A stretch of DNA of 64,000 nucleotides, from positions 930,001 through 994,000 of the forward strand of contig LSRY02000021.1 of the NCBI GenBank assembly GCA_001643675.2. Direction: 5' to 3'. Each line of letters begins with the position of its first letter. Within the stretch, counting starts at the first letter, position 1. The position numbers were made by a program, and so were the translations under genes. This DNA comes from Monocercomonoides exilis PA203. Lineage: Eukaryota > Protista > Preaxostyla. The notes beneath the pieces are model-generated. The model did not search any database. It had not been told where the DNA came from and worked only from the letters and a program-made list of their open reading frames with translations. This document shows, piece by piece, positions 37,940 through 48,599 of this stretch.

Positions 37940-38060
37940 TAATGCAGTTAGAACGTAGCCTCCACATTCGATGGATTGAAACTGTAGGAATAACATTTTT
38001 CATGTTTTAGACAGGAAACCTATCATGCAAAAAAGAATGCCTGTGTAAGTTGCTCGGGTA
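37940..38060 (-). pseudogene. Upstream continuation of the receptor pseudogene beyond the pogo insertion
   Basis: Removing the element and one TA gives an open frame ...ECGGYVLTAL|HGSSIDLTNV... Confidence 0.6.
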
Positions 38061-38594
38061 AATAGCAAGAGAATAGCTTTTGAGTTTTGTTCATTATTTT
38101 ACGAAATTATGAAAACAATTAAGTTTGTTTTTGAATCCGTTTTTTAATAAAAATCGTTCACATTTTTTTTTTGATTTTTCCGGTCTTTTAATGTTATCAA
38201 ACAAATCTTTGAATAAATACCAGTTTTTAATGTATATGTTGGTGCGATCCATTTTATTTATTTGCTCAATATAAAAAAATATAATTTTTAAAATAATTCA
38301 CGAAATTCTTATTTTCGTCAATTTTTAACGAATGTTAAAACATGTGGATTGCATTCATAGAAGTAAAATAATCAAGGAATATGTTGAAGATGTGTTTTGA
38401 ATCATGAATTGGTGAAAAAGGATTTTGACAGTTTTATTAACTTTTTGATCCTTTTGATCTTTGAAAGAATTTAACGAAAACAACATAAAACATTTCCAAA
38501 ACTGCATTGTTACTGTGTAAATAATATTTGTTTGTTTTTCAATCAATTTTATAAACATAAAAAAAAATGTTTTTTATCAAAATTTTCGTTACTC

Positions 38595-38712
38595 AAATAA
38601 ACTCAGTCTATCACAAATGAACTCAGTTTATTTAAATAAACTCAATCTATTCGAATAAACATGAGTTCATTTGAATAAACCTAGTTTATTTGAATAAAAA
38701 AAATCTATTCAA
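38595..38712 (+). repeat. Degenerate ~19-20-bp minisatellite (~6 units, RAATAAACTCAGTYTATT-like)
   Basis: aaataaactcagtctatc / aaatgaactcagtttatt / aaataaactcaatctatt / gaataaacatgagttcatt / gaataaacctagtttatt. Confidence 0.65.
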
Positions 38713-40616
38713 AATTAATCAATTGGTGTTTAATTCTTCACAAGCATGATAATTTTCAAAGATTTAAAAAACGGCCAATATATTTAAGTTTAACCCGATT
38801 ATTTCAAAATAACTGCGTTAATTCAAAATTCGTGGCTAAACTTGAAATAACACAAACTATTTGAAATGACCAGTTTATTTCACATTTTATCAAATGATGT
38901 CTGTTTAAAAATATGAAAATCAAGTTAATTTTAAAATCTCAAAAGGTTTAATAAAGACATGAGTGAAAACACTTTTTTGTGCTTCATTCAAAAAGAGCTT
39001 GAAAATCCGTATTCACACCCATATATTTTAACTATGATGCGAGAAATCCAATATTATTGTTTTATCTCATGGCTTGGAAAAATCTGCCAAGTCTGTCAAA
39101 AAATCGAAAAAAAAATCACATCAGGTGTCAGAAAGTCACCAAGTGTTAATTTCGATATTAAACAAAACCTTATCATTTTTTAAATATCTTTTGGAGTATT
39201 TTTTGAAGTTAGAGAAGGAATCTTTTGTTTGCCTCAAATATAATATGAATCAATCATGAACTGTTATTCCATTAATTTTTTATCAAGAATTCAGAAAAGA
39301 CTAATTTGGTGCGTTTGAAGAGTTGATGTTCATCATTCATTCAGAAGTTCCTCGTAAAGAGCAATTAGGGTGATATTTTTATTGGTAGCATGGAATACGA
39401 GAAGCCGCGATATCTTCAAACAGGGAAAATGCTTTAAATATTCAGTTTTTAAAAAATCTCAGGATTTTCCTCCCCCAAAACATAAAAATAAAAATGGTAA
39501 TTATTCACTTTCCAGAGTTTGTTTTTTCCTTTTGCTTTGTGATTTCTTTTCATTTAATTTCATTTCTTTTTTTGAACAATTGTCGTATGGAAACCCCCCG
39601 CTATCTGAAAAACAAGACATGAAAATAGGCACATAATTGTGGCTGAAAATGGGCAAACGAAAGCATTCTTGGTGTGAAAAGACAAAAAGAAAATATGCTG
39701 ACGATATTCTTTTTCACTCGACATATGTGCATCTTCTGGACAGATTATCACTTTTGCAATTGTGATTAGCAGGCATTTGTTTCCTTGCAACATCTTTATC
39801 GACTAATCAAAATCGATTGTCCTCGCATTTGGCATGCACAAAATAAGGAAAGCGTGTGCACTCTCCAAAGCGCCTGTTTCCAGAGTTAGCACAAACAAGA
39901 GCAGATAGGCATTGTCTGGCTTTCTGATTTCATTGGTGTCTGGAGAGGCGAAGGATTCGGTGATGAGGAAGGAGGTGAGGCGAAAGAATGCTTCTGTGAT
40001 GAGAACGCTGCCATTAAGTGAGATGCGCTTGTTGGAGTCGGAAGGATATTGCTCTTTGAATCAGGGTTTTGGAACAGATTCCATTTCTTCGGGTCTTTGA
40101 AGGCACGTGCACATTACAGTTATTTATTATTTTCACAACAGCCTTGAAATGGATCGAAGCTTCTGTCAAAGAACTGGCGAAAAGAAAAGAAAAGAAAAGA
40201 AAAGAGTGAAAGAGAAAGAATTCTGCGTATTTGTTGATTGCCATGAATAAAAAAATAAAATAAAATAAAATAAAATAATAAATATTTTTGCAGCATCTGC
40301 TCAGCTGCACCTGATCAAAAACGAAAGTCTGGCCAGCAAAACAAGATTACAAAAAAATACGAAAAGGCACGGTGATTGTGAGATCACACATTGCTTGGAT
40401 GGAGGTGCGCAGAAGCGAAGTGGCAATGCTGCTGGCTTGGAAACGCAATACAAACACCAAAAACTCGCATCACTGAGAATGCTGCAAAAACAACTGTCAT
40501 TGATATTTCTTTCTTCTTTTCCTTCCCCCCTTTTTTCTTCATTGCGCGATGCAAGCCAGATGGTGGGTGGTGCACAGGCACACAGACACACAGGCTCAAA
40601 TGCTGGAGGGAGCCAG

Positions 40617-43600
40617 TCAAAACGAGGTGAGCGTCTCTGAGACAGCGGAAGCAGGCAAAGCGGAGGGAGGGGGGATGCCTGCGGCATCGACGAGGTCGAT
40701 TGCGTCAGAGGCTGTGAGCATGGCAGAGGCAGGCGGAAACAGCGCGATGAACACTTTCTTGAACTCCTGGAGCGTGGGCCTGCTGTGGGGCTGCTGCGAC
40801 ATTGCAGCGCATGCTGTCTGGCCGAGCGAAATGCCCTCGCAGCTGCACAGTGTTGGCCTCTCCCCGTTCGCAATCTTCTGCCCGGCAGCTTCTGCTTCGT
40901 ATTCCCCAAACGGGATCTGCAGCGTCAGGCACTCCCACGCCATCATCCCGATCGAAAACACCACCGTCTTCTTTGTCGCGTGCCTCTTTGTGCCGCTCAG
41001 CAGCTCTGGTGCCTTCCATCGCATGCAATCCTTCCTGTTGTCTTCATCGTCCTCAAACGCCGATGAGGGCGGAGGCGATCCTCTGCCGTTCCCATTCGCA
41101 CAAGAGCAATCAGAGGAAGAGGTGGCAATAGTTGTGGTTGACGAGATGGACGAAGAGTCAGAATCATCTGAAGAACAGTCTGAGTGTAGGGCAATGCAGA
41201 TGACCATATGCTCTGAGAACAGCACAACGTGCGGACTCAGATTGGCCAACGATTGGAGCGGGTTGTTCATTTCGTCGAAGGAGTGGAGCGCAAGATTTGC
41301 CACCCAGAACAGGATTTGTGCAGCTGTCTGCTCCCTCTCCTGCAGAGTGCCAATTGCCATCTCCTTTGTCTTGTTCCTCCCATGAAGCAGCATGAACAGT
41401 GAATCCCTCAAATCCACAATCAGCTTCTCATGAGGCGATGAACAGGCCATCGCATCCACTAGATTAGACATGGATGAGGTGGTTGGACACAGATCCTCCC
41501 CTCGAACAAATGTGGATTCTGTGTCTGAAGTGTCGGTGGTTGAGGTGGAAGAAATTGACGGAGATGGTGATCCCTTTCTCACTTCTTCTTCTTCCTCTTT
41601 CTCATCAACCTTTTCCAACATCCATTGAGGAATCTTGTCTGAATCTTTCCCCAGAATATATTCAGTAGATCCACTCTCACTCAACAAATGTTCTGATGAT
41701 TCTGAATGCTCCATATTCGTCTTATAAATTCTCTTCTTGATCCGCTCTTCATTCTTCTTCTCTGCCTCCCTCTCTGCCCTCCTCCACTGATCTTCAGGAG
41801 ACATTTCCATCGTAACCATTTCAAACGCTTTCGGATCTTTTCTGATGTTATCATTCACAATCTCTCTCAGATCTTTGTTTTCATTCTTTGCCTTTCTCCA
41901 TCGAATAGTTGAAATCACCGCAATTATTAGAATTATAAAAAGAACAAAGGCCATAATAATCACAATAATAGGCCAAAATGATTTTTCTTTCATTCCTCCT
42001 TCAACAATTTTTTCTTCTCCACTAGTTTGTGTTTCACTTCTGTTTTTCAAAACAAAAGTTTCTGTTATCGATGGATTAGAAACATGCCCAAACAATATGC
42101 ACACAGCCACTTCTGCTTCTGTTGGAGCAGAGCTTACCAAAGACGAACCTATCTTGCCCTGGACTTCTTCCTCAGAAACAAACTCATCTTCCGCAAAAGC
42201 GTGAGTCTCGATTGAGCTGACATTGTTTATTTTTGACACAATCTGGAATCCCAGATTGCATGGCAGAAGAAGCGTCCCTCTGAAAGTCAGTTCAACAGTA
42301 TCTTCTTTTTGAGTTGTTTCAACTGACTTCAGCGTTGGAATGAAGAACTCGGATGATCTTTCAGCAGCCATCCCCAACAGCTTGCATCCTTCATTCAAAA
42401 TCCAAAGTGAAGTATTTCTTTCCCATCCATCTCCTCCTTTCAAATCAACAACATTGAGTGTTCCGCTGCCTGTGCAGAATACATTTCTTCTTGCAGACTT
42501 GTATCTTTCGATTCTTTTGCTGTTATTCTCAAACAAGCAGCTTTCGATAACAGCACTTCCACCACTGATCGACAGCCCGCCTTTTGAAGAGTTTGTGATC
42601 GATGTGTCCTTCATCTCCAGCAACCCTTCACACACATCAATAAGCGATCCAGTCCACTTGCACACATCCTCATCTGCTCCATTCTTTTCGCTCTGATGCC
42701 CATCCTCACATCCAATCAGTTCGCATGACTGCAGAGACAGAGATGCCCCAAATGATATTTCCACCAAGCTCCCTTTCTCTGAAGGTGTGAAGCATCTTTC
42801 AAACGAACAGTTCAACAATTGGCTTCTTGTTTTTTCACACCCCGACTCAACCACATGGGAATTGCTGCTGCTGCTGTTGCTGCTGGTGATGTTTGAGAAC
42901 GATGATATGCCCATCTGCAGAACAACCCTTTCTCCAGCATCTTTCTCATTCACATGCTGATTCTTCCCCTTTGTCAGAGAAATGAAGTTTTCCCCACGCT
43001 GCAGAATGTCAGATGCAGCCAGCTGCATGATGTTCACTGATGCACTCAACTCAACAATCATTGCAGTTGCAGTTGTTTTTATTGTGGATATCTCGATCTG
43101 GTTCAGAGTGGCAGCTGACCCACTCTTGAAGAGGAGCAATGGTTGAGTTGTGCGCATCGCACACATCGAGCTCTTCTCCATCTCAAACACTCCTCCTTCA
43201 ACCACAATAACACTCGAATTGAGAGTGGACTCAACAGACGATGACTGCAGAGTGCAGCCTGAAAATGCCAACGATCCATTCAATTGCTTCATAATCGCTG
43301 TGTGCTCTGCTGAGAAATGCTCGTCAAACGAAAACAAGCAGTCTTCGACCAAACACTCGTTTTCAAACAACATGATCCACGATCCCTCAGACTCCTCTTC
43401 GATCGATGAATTGAAATGAATTGCTGATTGCTGTTTGCTGATCGACTTCAGCGTGAGATCGCTGATGACTGTCGGCTCAGCCACCACAGTCGATGAGTCA
43501 ACACATATCGCATTGAACAGCCCAGCCTGCACATGCCTCACTCCGTGTGACACGCTTCGGCAAGGATTGTCCTGCTTCCCGCACTGGTTGCTGTCTTCAG

Positions 43601-46600
43601 ACTCCATCGACACAAACACCTGCGGCGTGTACAGAAATGTGATCAGCGGGATGAGATCGATGTCTGAATGTGCTGAGTCGCTCCCACAGATCGATGTGTT
43701 CATGCGCAGCGAAGGCTGCGAAAAGTCAAGAGCGAAAAGTGTTTCGTTGATCTGCTCATCGATCGAATGGCAGTTGATAAACACATCCTTCCCCATGAAT
43801 GCACTGTTCATCATGAATTGAACACCCGCAATGTGAAGAAGAAGCGGTTTGGAAGGGGTTTGAAAGGGAGCATCTGGATCGCAAAAGTCCAGCATCATCC
43901 CGCCTCCTCTCCCTGTGCTCTCAGAACAAGCACACAACACAAATGTGCAGTTTTTCACTCCCAGGCTCGACTCCTCATTCTTCATGCGCATCATCAGCCC
44001 GCCTCCTCTGTTGCTTTGCCGGCTGAGGCAGTTCCAGAATGTGCAGTTCTCCATTCCACACTTCAATCCAACAAACTCATCCACACCCAAAAACACTGAT
44101 CCTTCCTCAGTTCTCGACACATTCTCGACTGTGACAGACGACATGTTCATTGATGGGCAATCCACTGGCAAATCGGGTGAATCTCCAATAACAAATTGAT
44201 TTGAGTGGAGTTCAGAGGAGAAAACTGATATGAAACTGTCAGAAGAAACAGACGAATTGATGAACGATGTGTTGTGCATGTGCGCTGAATGGAAATTGGC
44301 TGACAGTCGCAGAAAAGGATTTGCCAGAGACAAAGTCACAAGTGCACAGTGCTCCAGGGAGACATCCCCTTCCACAATGTCAAGCACACACAAGGAAGAA
44401 GAAGAAGGAGACAAGGTGTCAGATGGAATGAACCTGCAAAGAGAGAAAGACACAAAATATACAGAGCGGATGAATGATTTGTGGAACTCACATCTGCTCG
44501 GAAGATCGATTATTATGATTGAAAAGGAAGCATTCACTGAGTTGGAGATCAGCGAGCCATCATCCGAGGAATCTCCATCACCAGAAACGAACAAGTGCAC
44601 AGCCTCACCACCTCCTTCAACTGAAATCAAAGGCCTGTTTTCATCAGACGGTTTGGAAGGCAGCAAGGATACTGAATGTTTGAGTGAAGTCGATTCTTCC
44701 ACTTTGATGATCGATTTCTCCAAAGCAACTGGAGAGAATCGCATTTTGATCATGTGGTCAACCGAGGAGCATGGTGCTTCGGAATATCCGCATCCACTGA
44801 AATCAAATCCTTTCTCTTTCGAAACAAACCCTTTCCCACTCCAATTGTCCCACAAATACACAACAAGCGGAATCACATATTCTTCTCCTGTTGTCTTCCT
44901 TTCCCATCCACACAACTCATCCAATAAATCCAACTCCTCTGAACTCATCTCCCATTTGAAATGATCCTTGTTCACAACTTTTCTCAAATCCCATCCTGAA
45001 ACAAACAGATTCTTCCCTTTCCAGGCATTGCATCCCTCAAATGTCATACCTTCCATCACAAATTTCTCTATTTCCTCTGGCAATGCAACAAACATTCCTC
45101 CTCCCATTCCCTTTCCTCCATCCACAACATCCTCTGATGGAACTTCACATTCAGACAAATTCACATTTTTCATTTCCAAACTCCCTCCACTTCCAATTAA
45201 TACCATCATCCCTCCTCCTCTCAGTCCTTCTTCGTTTTTGCACTTTGATGATATGTTCGTGTTTTTGATCGATATGGTTCCTCCACCACTCATCTCCACT
45301 TTCACGCATCCTCCACTTCCTCCCTCGTTTGCCATCTCTGTCAATGTGCATCCCTCAACTGCCGCTCGTGATGCTCCATTCACGTTGATTGGCGAAAGTG
45401 CTGTGAAAGTGACATCCTCAGAAACAACCAATCCTGTGAGCTCCAATTCACCTCCACTCACATGAATCAATGAAAATGCCACAGAGCTTGCAAGAGAATC
45501 AGCTGAAAATGCAATCGAAATATTGCTCAAAGAGAGAAAGATTGATGACTGAATAATCGAAGATATTGAGGAAGGAAGAACACGAGGAAGAACAAAAGAT
45601 AAGAAAGACAGAGAAAAGCTTCCAGAACACTGAATAACATTGTGGCAGTCAGTGGAGATATTGTCAGTCAAGAAAACATTCACAAAGGGATATTGGCTCG
45701 AAGAAGATGATGCAGATGAAGAAGAAATTGATATTTGAGATGTTTGAAACAACGGCACAACAAACGGATTCTTGATCGATGCTGATGATATCACTTCCAT
45801 CGCATTCACAAGCTCATTCACTCGCTCACGAACACAGAAGTCGATTGTTGAACAGCAGAAAACGGAATATCCACAATGCGAATGATCTGCACCACTCCTT
45901 TCGTCAACTGATATGGGAGATTCAAAATCACATAAATACACACACAGTGGAATAATTGGCAATGATGTCCCATCCTCGCATCCACACAACTTCTCTTCAT
46001 TATTCATGCAGTTTCCGTCTTTGAAGAATCCAAAGGATGTTTGATCAATTATCTCTTCCAACAAAAGCCCACTTCCACATTGAACAAACACATCACTTCC
46101 ATGAAAAGCTCTGTTTGGGTTTTCTTCAGAAAATATCACAGACTCATAAATAGTGAAATCCGATTCAGTCGAATCAACATTTATGAACAACCCTCCTCCT
46201 CTCCCCTTTTCCTCAAGACTTCCTGCACAACATCCCTCAAACGTTGTTGTTCCATTCACAATCAATTCTCCTTTCCATTCTCCTCCCATCGCCAGACCAC
46301 CACCATCTTTTCCTGCTGACACATTCTCAAAATGGCAGTTTTCAACAACAACACTCCCCGAGGATGCATCACATCTCTCAGTAATTCCTCCACTTCCTGA
46401 CAGCCTTTGAATCGATGTGAAGTTTGTGTTCACCACATACAACACTGATCCAGACCGATTCACATTGAATGAAATCAAACTGTCAGACAAGAAATTCATG
46501 CCAGCAATTCCAACTCCTGACAATTCCACATTTCCTCCAAATATCTGCATGAAAGACATCTCAAGATGCAATTCACTGTCAACTGACGATATTTCGCATT

Positions 46601-48503
46601 CCTCCATTGTCAACGATCCATCGCCATCCATCACCACAAATGGCATGCTTGTCCCACTCTCTGCATTCCCTTGCAGCATCGTCACTTTCTGAACACAAAA
46701 GGTTCCAGATGCAATATTAATGACAGATAATGATGATGATGCTGATTGCACAACACATTCATTCTTTGACAATCCACAAACGCTGAATTCATTGGATGAA
46801 ATTGATATTTGTTCTTCTTTGAACACACTTGGTCGTAGGATCAGAGTTTTGTTCGAATTGCTTGTTGTTCTTTCAAGTGAATATTTGATTGAACGACAGA
46901 AAGGTGCAAAACCACACTGCTCATGATCAATGCCAACTGAATAATCGGCTGTTATTTGATGATTATTCTCATTATTGGTCATCCACGAACTCAGATCAGA
47001 TATGCTCGAACATTCATAGAATCCATCATTGCACCTTGTGATCCTTGGGGAAGCACTTGAAGAATAACAATAAGAAATATTGTTTTCATCGATTTCCTTC
47101 CACTGCCGAAAATATCCAATGTGAATATCATGTCCGTAAGCATTATTTTTTTCTGTATTGTTATGGAAAAGACAATATTTGATGTTTATTGAAGGATTAT
47201 TCAGTGCATCTTCTTCTGCGAGTAATACACAAGGAGCATAGCTACCACTCTCACAATTCTGCATCAAGCAATTCGAAATCAATATCAACGTGCTTGCGTG
47301 CCAGATGTGTGTAACTGATGAATACAAATCCGAACTTGCATTGTCAAAAATACATGAATAAACAACAAAGTTCAATTTCTTTGCATTTGGGAAATAAAAG
47401 CAAGTTTTAGAATCCGATGAACAATTTGCGAATGAAGTTAAATTTAATTGAAATGAAAAAACGTTATCAGCTCTATATCCACCAGTTTCTCCCAGCGCAG
47501 AACATTCATTGACGATGCATTCATCAGACACAAATTTTCCAGAAGATTCGATCATGAAAACAGCTCCTCCGTGTGTTTTTGAAGAGCATTCAATGAATGA
47601 ACAACGATGCAATATTATTGATGCATTTCCTTCTCCATAAAGAGCACCACCTGTTTCATCACTCTGAACGTTGAATGTGTCATCGTCAAACACATTTTCT
47701 CCTTCTGTGAAATTTTGTCTTTTGTTGAAAGTTGTGAAGCATTTCAAAAACGAACAATTTCCGCAGCGAAAAGAGATCATCGCAGGCGAAAGAATGCCTC
47801 CAGAATATGGACTTTCACAACCAATCATCACTGTTCTTTCCACCAGAACTCTCTCAGAGCATCCATTTTCATTGTCGCACTTTTTCATTGATTTTGGCAA
47901 AGTGATGTTTTCGAACAAAGAATCAGTCACAGATATTGATGAAAGACAACTTGAAGAAAGAAAAGGGTCATTTCCAAGAACTTCAAATGAAGAAATCCTT
48001 GAAGAAGACAAGCGCAATTCACCACAATGAGAAAGAACTTTCTTTGAATGATGTGCAATCAAAGATGATAATTGACGATCATGAACCACAAAATTGAATG
48101 AAATGTTGCAGAGACATATTCGGCATCCTGAACAGAAAAACAGATTTTTTGATTGTGGATGGACAGAAAACGAACAACTCCACAAATCCAGTTTCGAAGG
48201 TGAATCAACTGATGCAAAATACTTCTCCATGCTCATGATGCAGGAAAGAACAGACAAGTTAATTGTTGAGTTCTGGACAACAAAAAATGAATGATCATTT
48301 TCCACTTCACCTTTTTTGCAGTTTTCTTTGCTTGTCTGCTCAAATGATAATCCTTGCTTTTCTGAACTCAAAATTGTTGTTGAATGAAAATAAAATTCAA
48401 TTCCATCAATGTTGTTTCCAGAAACCAACAAATAAAACGCGAGGCACCACAAAATGAGAAGATACATAGAATGTTGAGAATCAACAATTTTATAATGGAT
48501 CAA
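40617..48503 (-). CDS. 2628-aa intronless receptor-like protein: signal peptide, Cys-rich GGA-repeat ectodomain, single TM, degenerate TK/TKL-like pseudokinase C-lobe
   Basis: Hydrophobic N-terminus, GGAL/GGAV/RGGG and CG..PC.S repeats, TM segment WPIIVIIMAFVLFIILIIAV, then RWKAPE, VFSIGMMAWE..T.QIPF, GERP and SRPT. No GxGxxG, HRD or DFG. Confidence 0.92.
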   Translation of the reverse strand: MIHYKIVDSQHSMYLLILWCLAFYLLVSGNNIDGIEFYFHSTTILSSEKQGLSFEQTSKENCKKGEVENDHSFFVVQNSTINLSVLSCIMSMEKYFASVDSPSKLDLWSCSFSVHPQSKNLFFCSGCRICLCNISFNFVVHDRQLSSLIAHHSKKVLSHCGELRLSSSRISSFEVLGNDPFLSSSCLSSISVTDSLFENITLPKSMKKCDNENGCSERVLVERTVMIGCESPYSGGILSPAMISFRCGNCSFLKCFTTFNKRQNFTEGENVFDDDTFNVQSDETGGALYGEGNASIILHRCSFIECSSKTHGGAVFMIESSGKFVSDECIVNECSALGETGGYRADNVFSFQLNLTSFANCSSDSKTCFYFPNAKKLNFVVYSCIFDNASSDLYSSVTHIWHASTLILISNCLMQNCESGSYAPCVLLAEEDALNNPSINIKYCLFHNNTEKNNAYGHDIHIGYFRQWKEIDENNISYCYSSSASPRITRCNDGFYECSSISDLSSWMTNNENNHQITADYSVGIDHEQCGFAPFCRSIKYSLERTTSNSNKTLILRPSVFKEEQISISSNEFSVCGLSKNECVVQSASSSLSVINIASGTFCVQKVTMLQGNAESGTSMPFVVMDGDGSLTMEECEISSVDSELHLEMSFMQIFGGNVELSGVGIAGMNFLSDSLISFNVNRSGSVLYVVNTNFTSIQRLSGSGGITERCDASSGSVVVENCHFENVSAGKDGGGLAMGGEWKGELIVNGTTTFEGCCAGSLEEKGRGGGLFINVDSTESDFTIYESVIFSEENPNRAFHGSDVFVQCGSGLLLEEIIDQTSFGFFKDGNCMNNEEKLCGCEDGTSLPIIPLCVYLCDFESPISVDERSGADHSHCGYSVFCCSTIDFCVRERVNELVNAMEVISSASIKNPFVVPLFQTSQISISSSSASSSSSQYPFVNVFLTDNISTDCHNVIQCSGSFSLSFLSFVLPRVLPSSISSIIQSSIFLSLSNISIAFSADSLASSVAFSLIHVSGGELELTGLVVSEDVTFTALSPINVNGASRAAVEGCTLTEMANEGGSGGCVKVEMSGGGTISIKNTNISSKCKNEEGLRGGGMMVLIGSGGSLEMKNVNLSECEVPSEDVVDGGKGMGGGMFVALPEEIEKFVMEGMTFEGCNAWKGKNLFVSGWDLRKVVNKDHFKWEMSSEELDLLDELCGWERKTTGEEYVIPLVVYLWDNWSGKGFVSKEKGFDFSGCGYSEAPCSSVDHMIKMRFSPVALEKSIIKVEESTSLKHSVSLLPSKPSDENRPLISVEGGGEAVHLFVSGDGDSSDDGSLISNSVNASFSIIIIDLPSRCEFHKSFIRSVYFVSFSLCRFIPSDTLSPSSSSLCVLDIVEGDVSLEHCALVTLSLANPFLRLSANFHSAHMHNTSFINSSVSSDSFISVFSSELHSNQFVIGDSPDLPVDCPSMNMSSVTVENVSRTEEGSVFLGVDEFVGLKCGMENCTFWNCLSRQSNRGGGLMMRMKNEESSLGVKNCTFVLCACSESTGRGGGMMLDFCDPDAPFQTPSKPLLLHIAGVQFMMNSAFMGKDVFINCHSIDEQINETLFALDFSQPSLRMNTSICGSDSAHSDIDLIPLITFLYTPQVFVSMESEDSNQCGKQDNPCRSVSHGVRHVQAGLFNAICVDSSTVVAEPTVISDLTLKSISKQQSAIHFNSSIEEESEGSWIMLFENECLVEDCLFSFDEHFSAEHTAIMKQLNGSLAFSGCTLQSSSVESTLNSSVIVVEGGVFEMEKSSMCAMRTTQPLLLFKSGSAATLNQIEISTIKTTATAMIVELSASVNIMQLAASDILQRGENFISLTKGKNQHVNEKDAGERVVLQMGISSFSNITSSNSSSSNSHVVESGCEKTRSQLLNCSFERCFTPSEKGSLVEISFGASLSLQSCELIGCEDGHQSEKNGADEDVCKWTGSLIDVCEGLLEMKDTSITNSSKGGLSISGGSAVIESCLFENNSKRIERYKSARRNVFCTGSGTLNVVDLKGGDGWERNTSLWILNEGCKLLGMAAERSSEFFIPTLKSVETTQKEDTVELTFRGTLLLPCNLGFQIVSKINNVSSIETHAFAEDEFVSEEEVQGKIGSSLVSSAPTEAEVAVCILFGHVSNPSITETFVLKNRSETQTSGEEKIVEGGMKEKSFWPIIVIIMAFVLFIILIIAVISTIRWRKAKNENKDLREIVNDNIRKDPKAFEMVTMEMSPEDQWRRAEREAEKKNEERIKKRIYKTNMEHSESSEHLLSESGSTEYILGKDSDKIPQWMLEKVDEKEEEEEVRKGSPSPSISSTSTTDTSDTESTFVRGEDLCPTTSSMSNLVDAMACSSPHEKLIVDLRDSLFMLLHGRNKTKEMAIGTLQEREQTAAQILFWVANLALHSFDEMNNPLQSLANLSPHVVLFSEHMVICIALHSDCSSDDSDSSSISSTTTIATSSSDCSCANGNGRGSPPPSSAFEDDEDNRKDCMRWKAPELLSGTKRHATKKTVVFSIGMMAWECLTLQIPFGEYEAEAAGQKIANGERPTLCSCEGISLGQTACAAMSQQPHSRPTLQEFKKVFIALFPPASAMLTASDAIDLVDAAGIPPPSALPASAVSETLTSF

Positions 48504-48599
48504 AAAAATAATCTCAAATTTAGTTAATTTCGATAATAAAGTCTTTTTCTTTCAAATCGAGAATTTGACAATCTCAAAGTCCAAACAGATTATGAGCAG

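Noticed and set aside
35501-38236. Weak inverted match (aaaccaggtattt / aaataccagtttt) as possible transposon ends
   Set aside because: The much better 38-bp TIR pair with TA TSD at 35362/37939 defines the element.
39800-40110. Short coding-like stretch
   Set aside because: Could not be assigned to a family or gene model with confidence.
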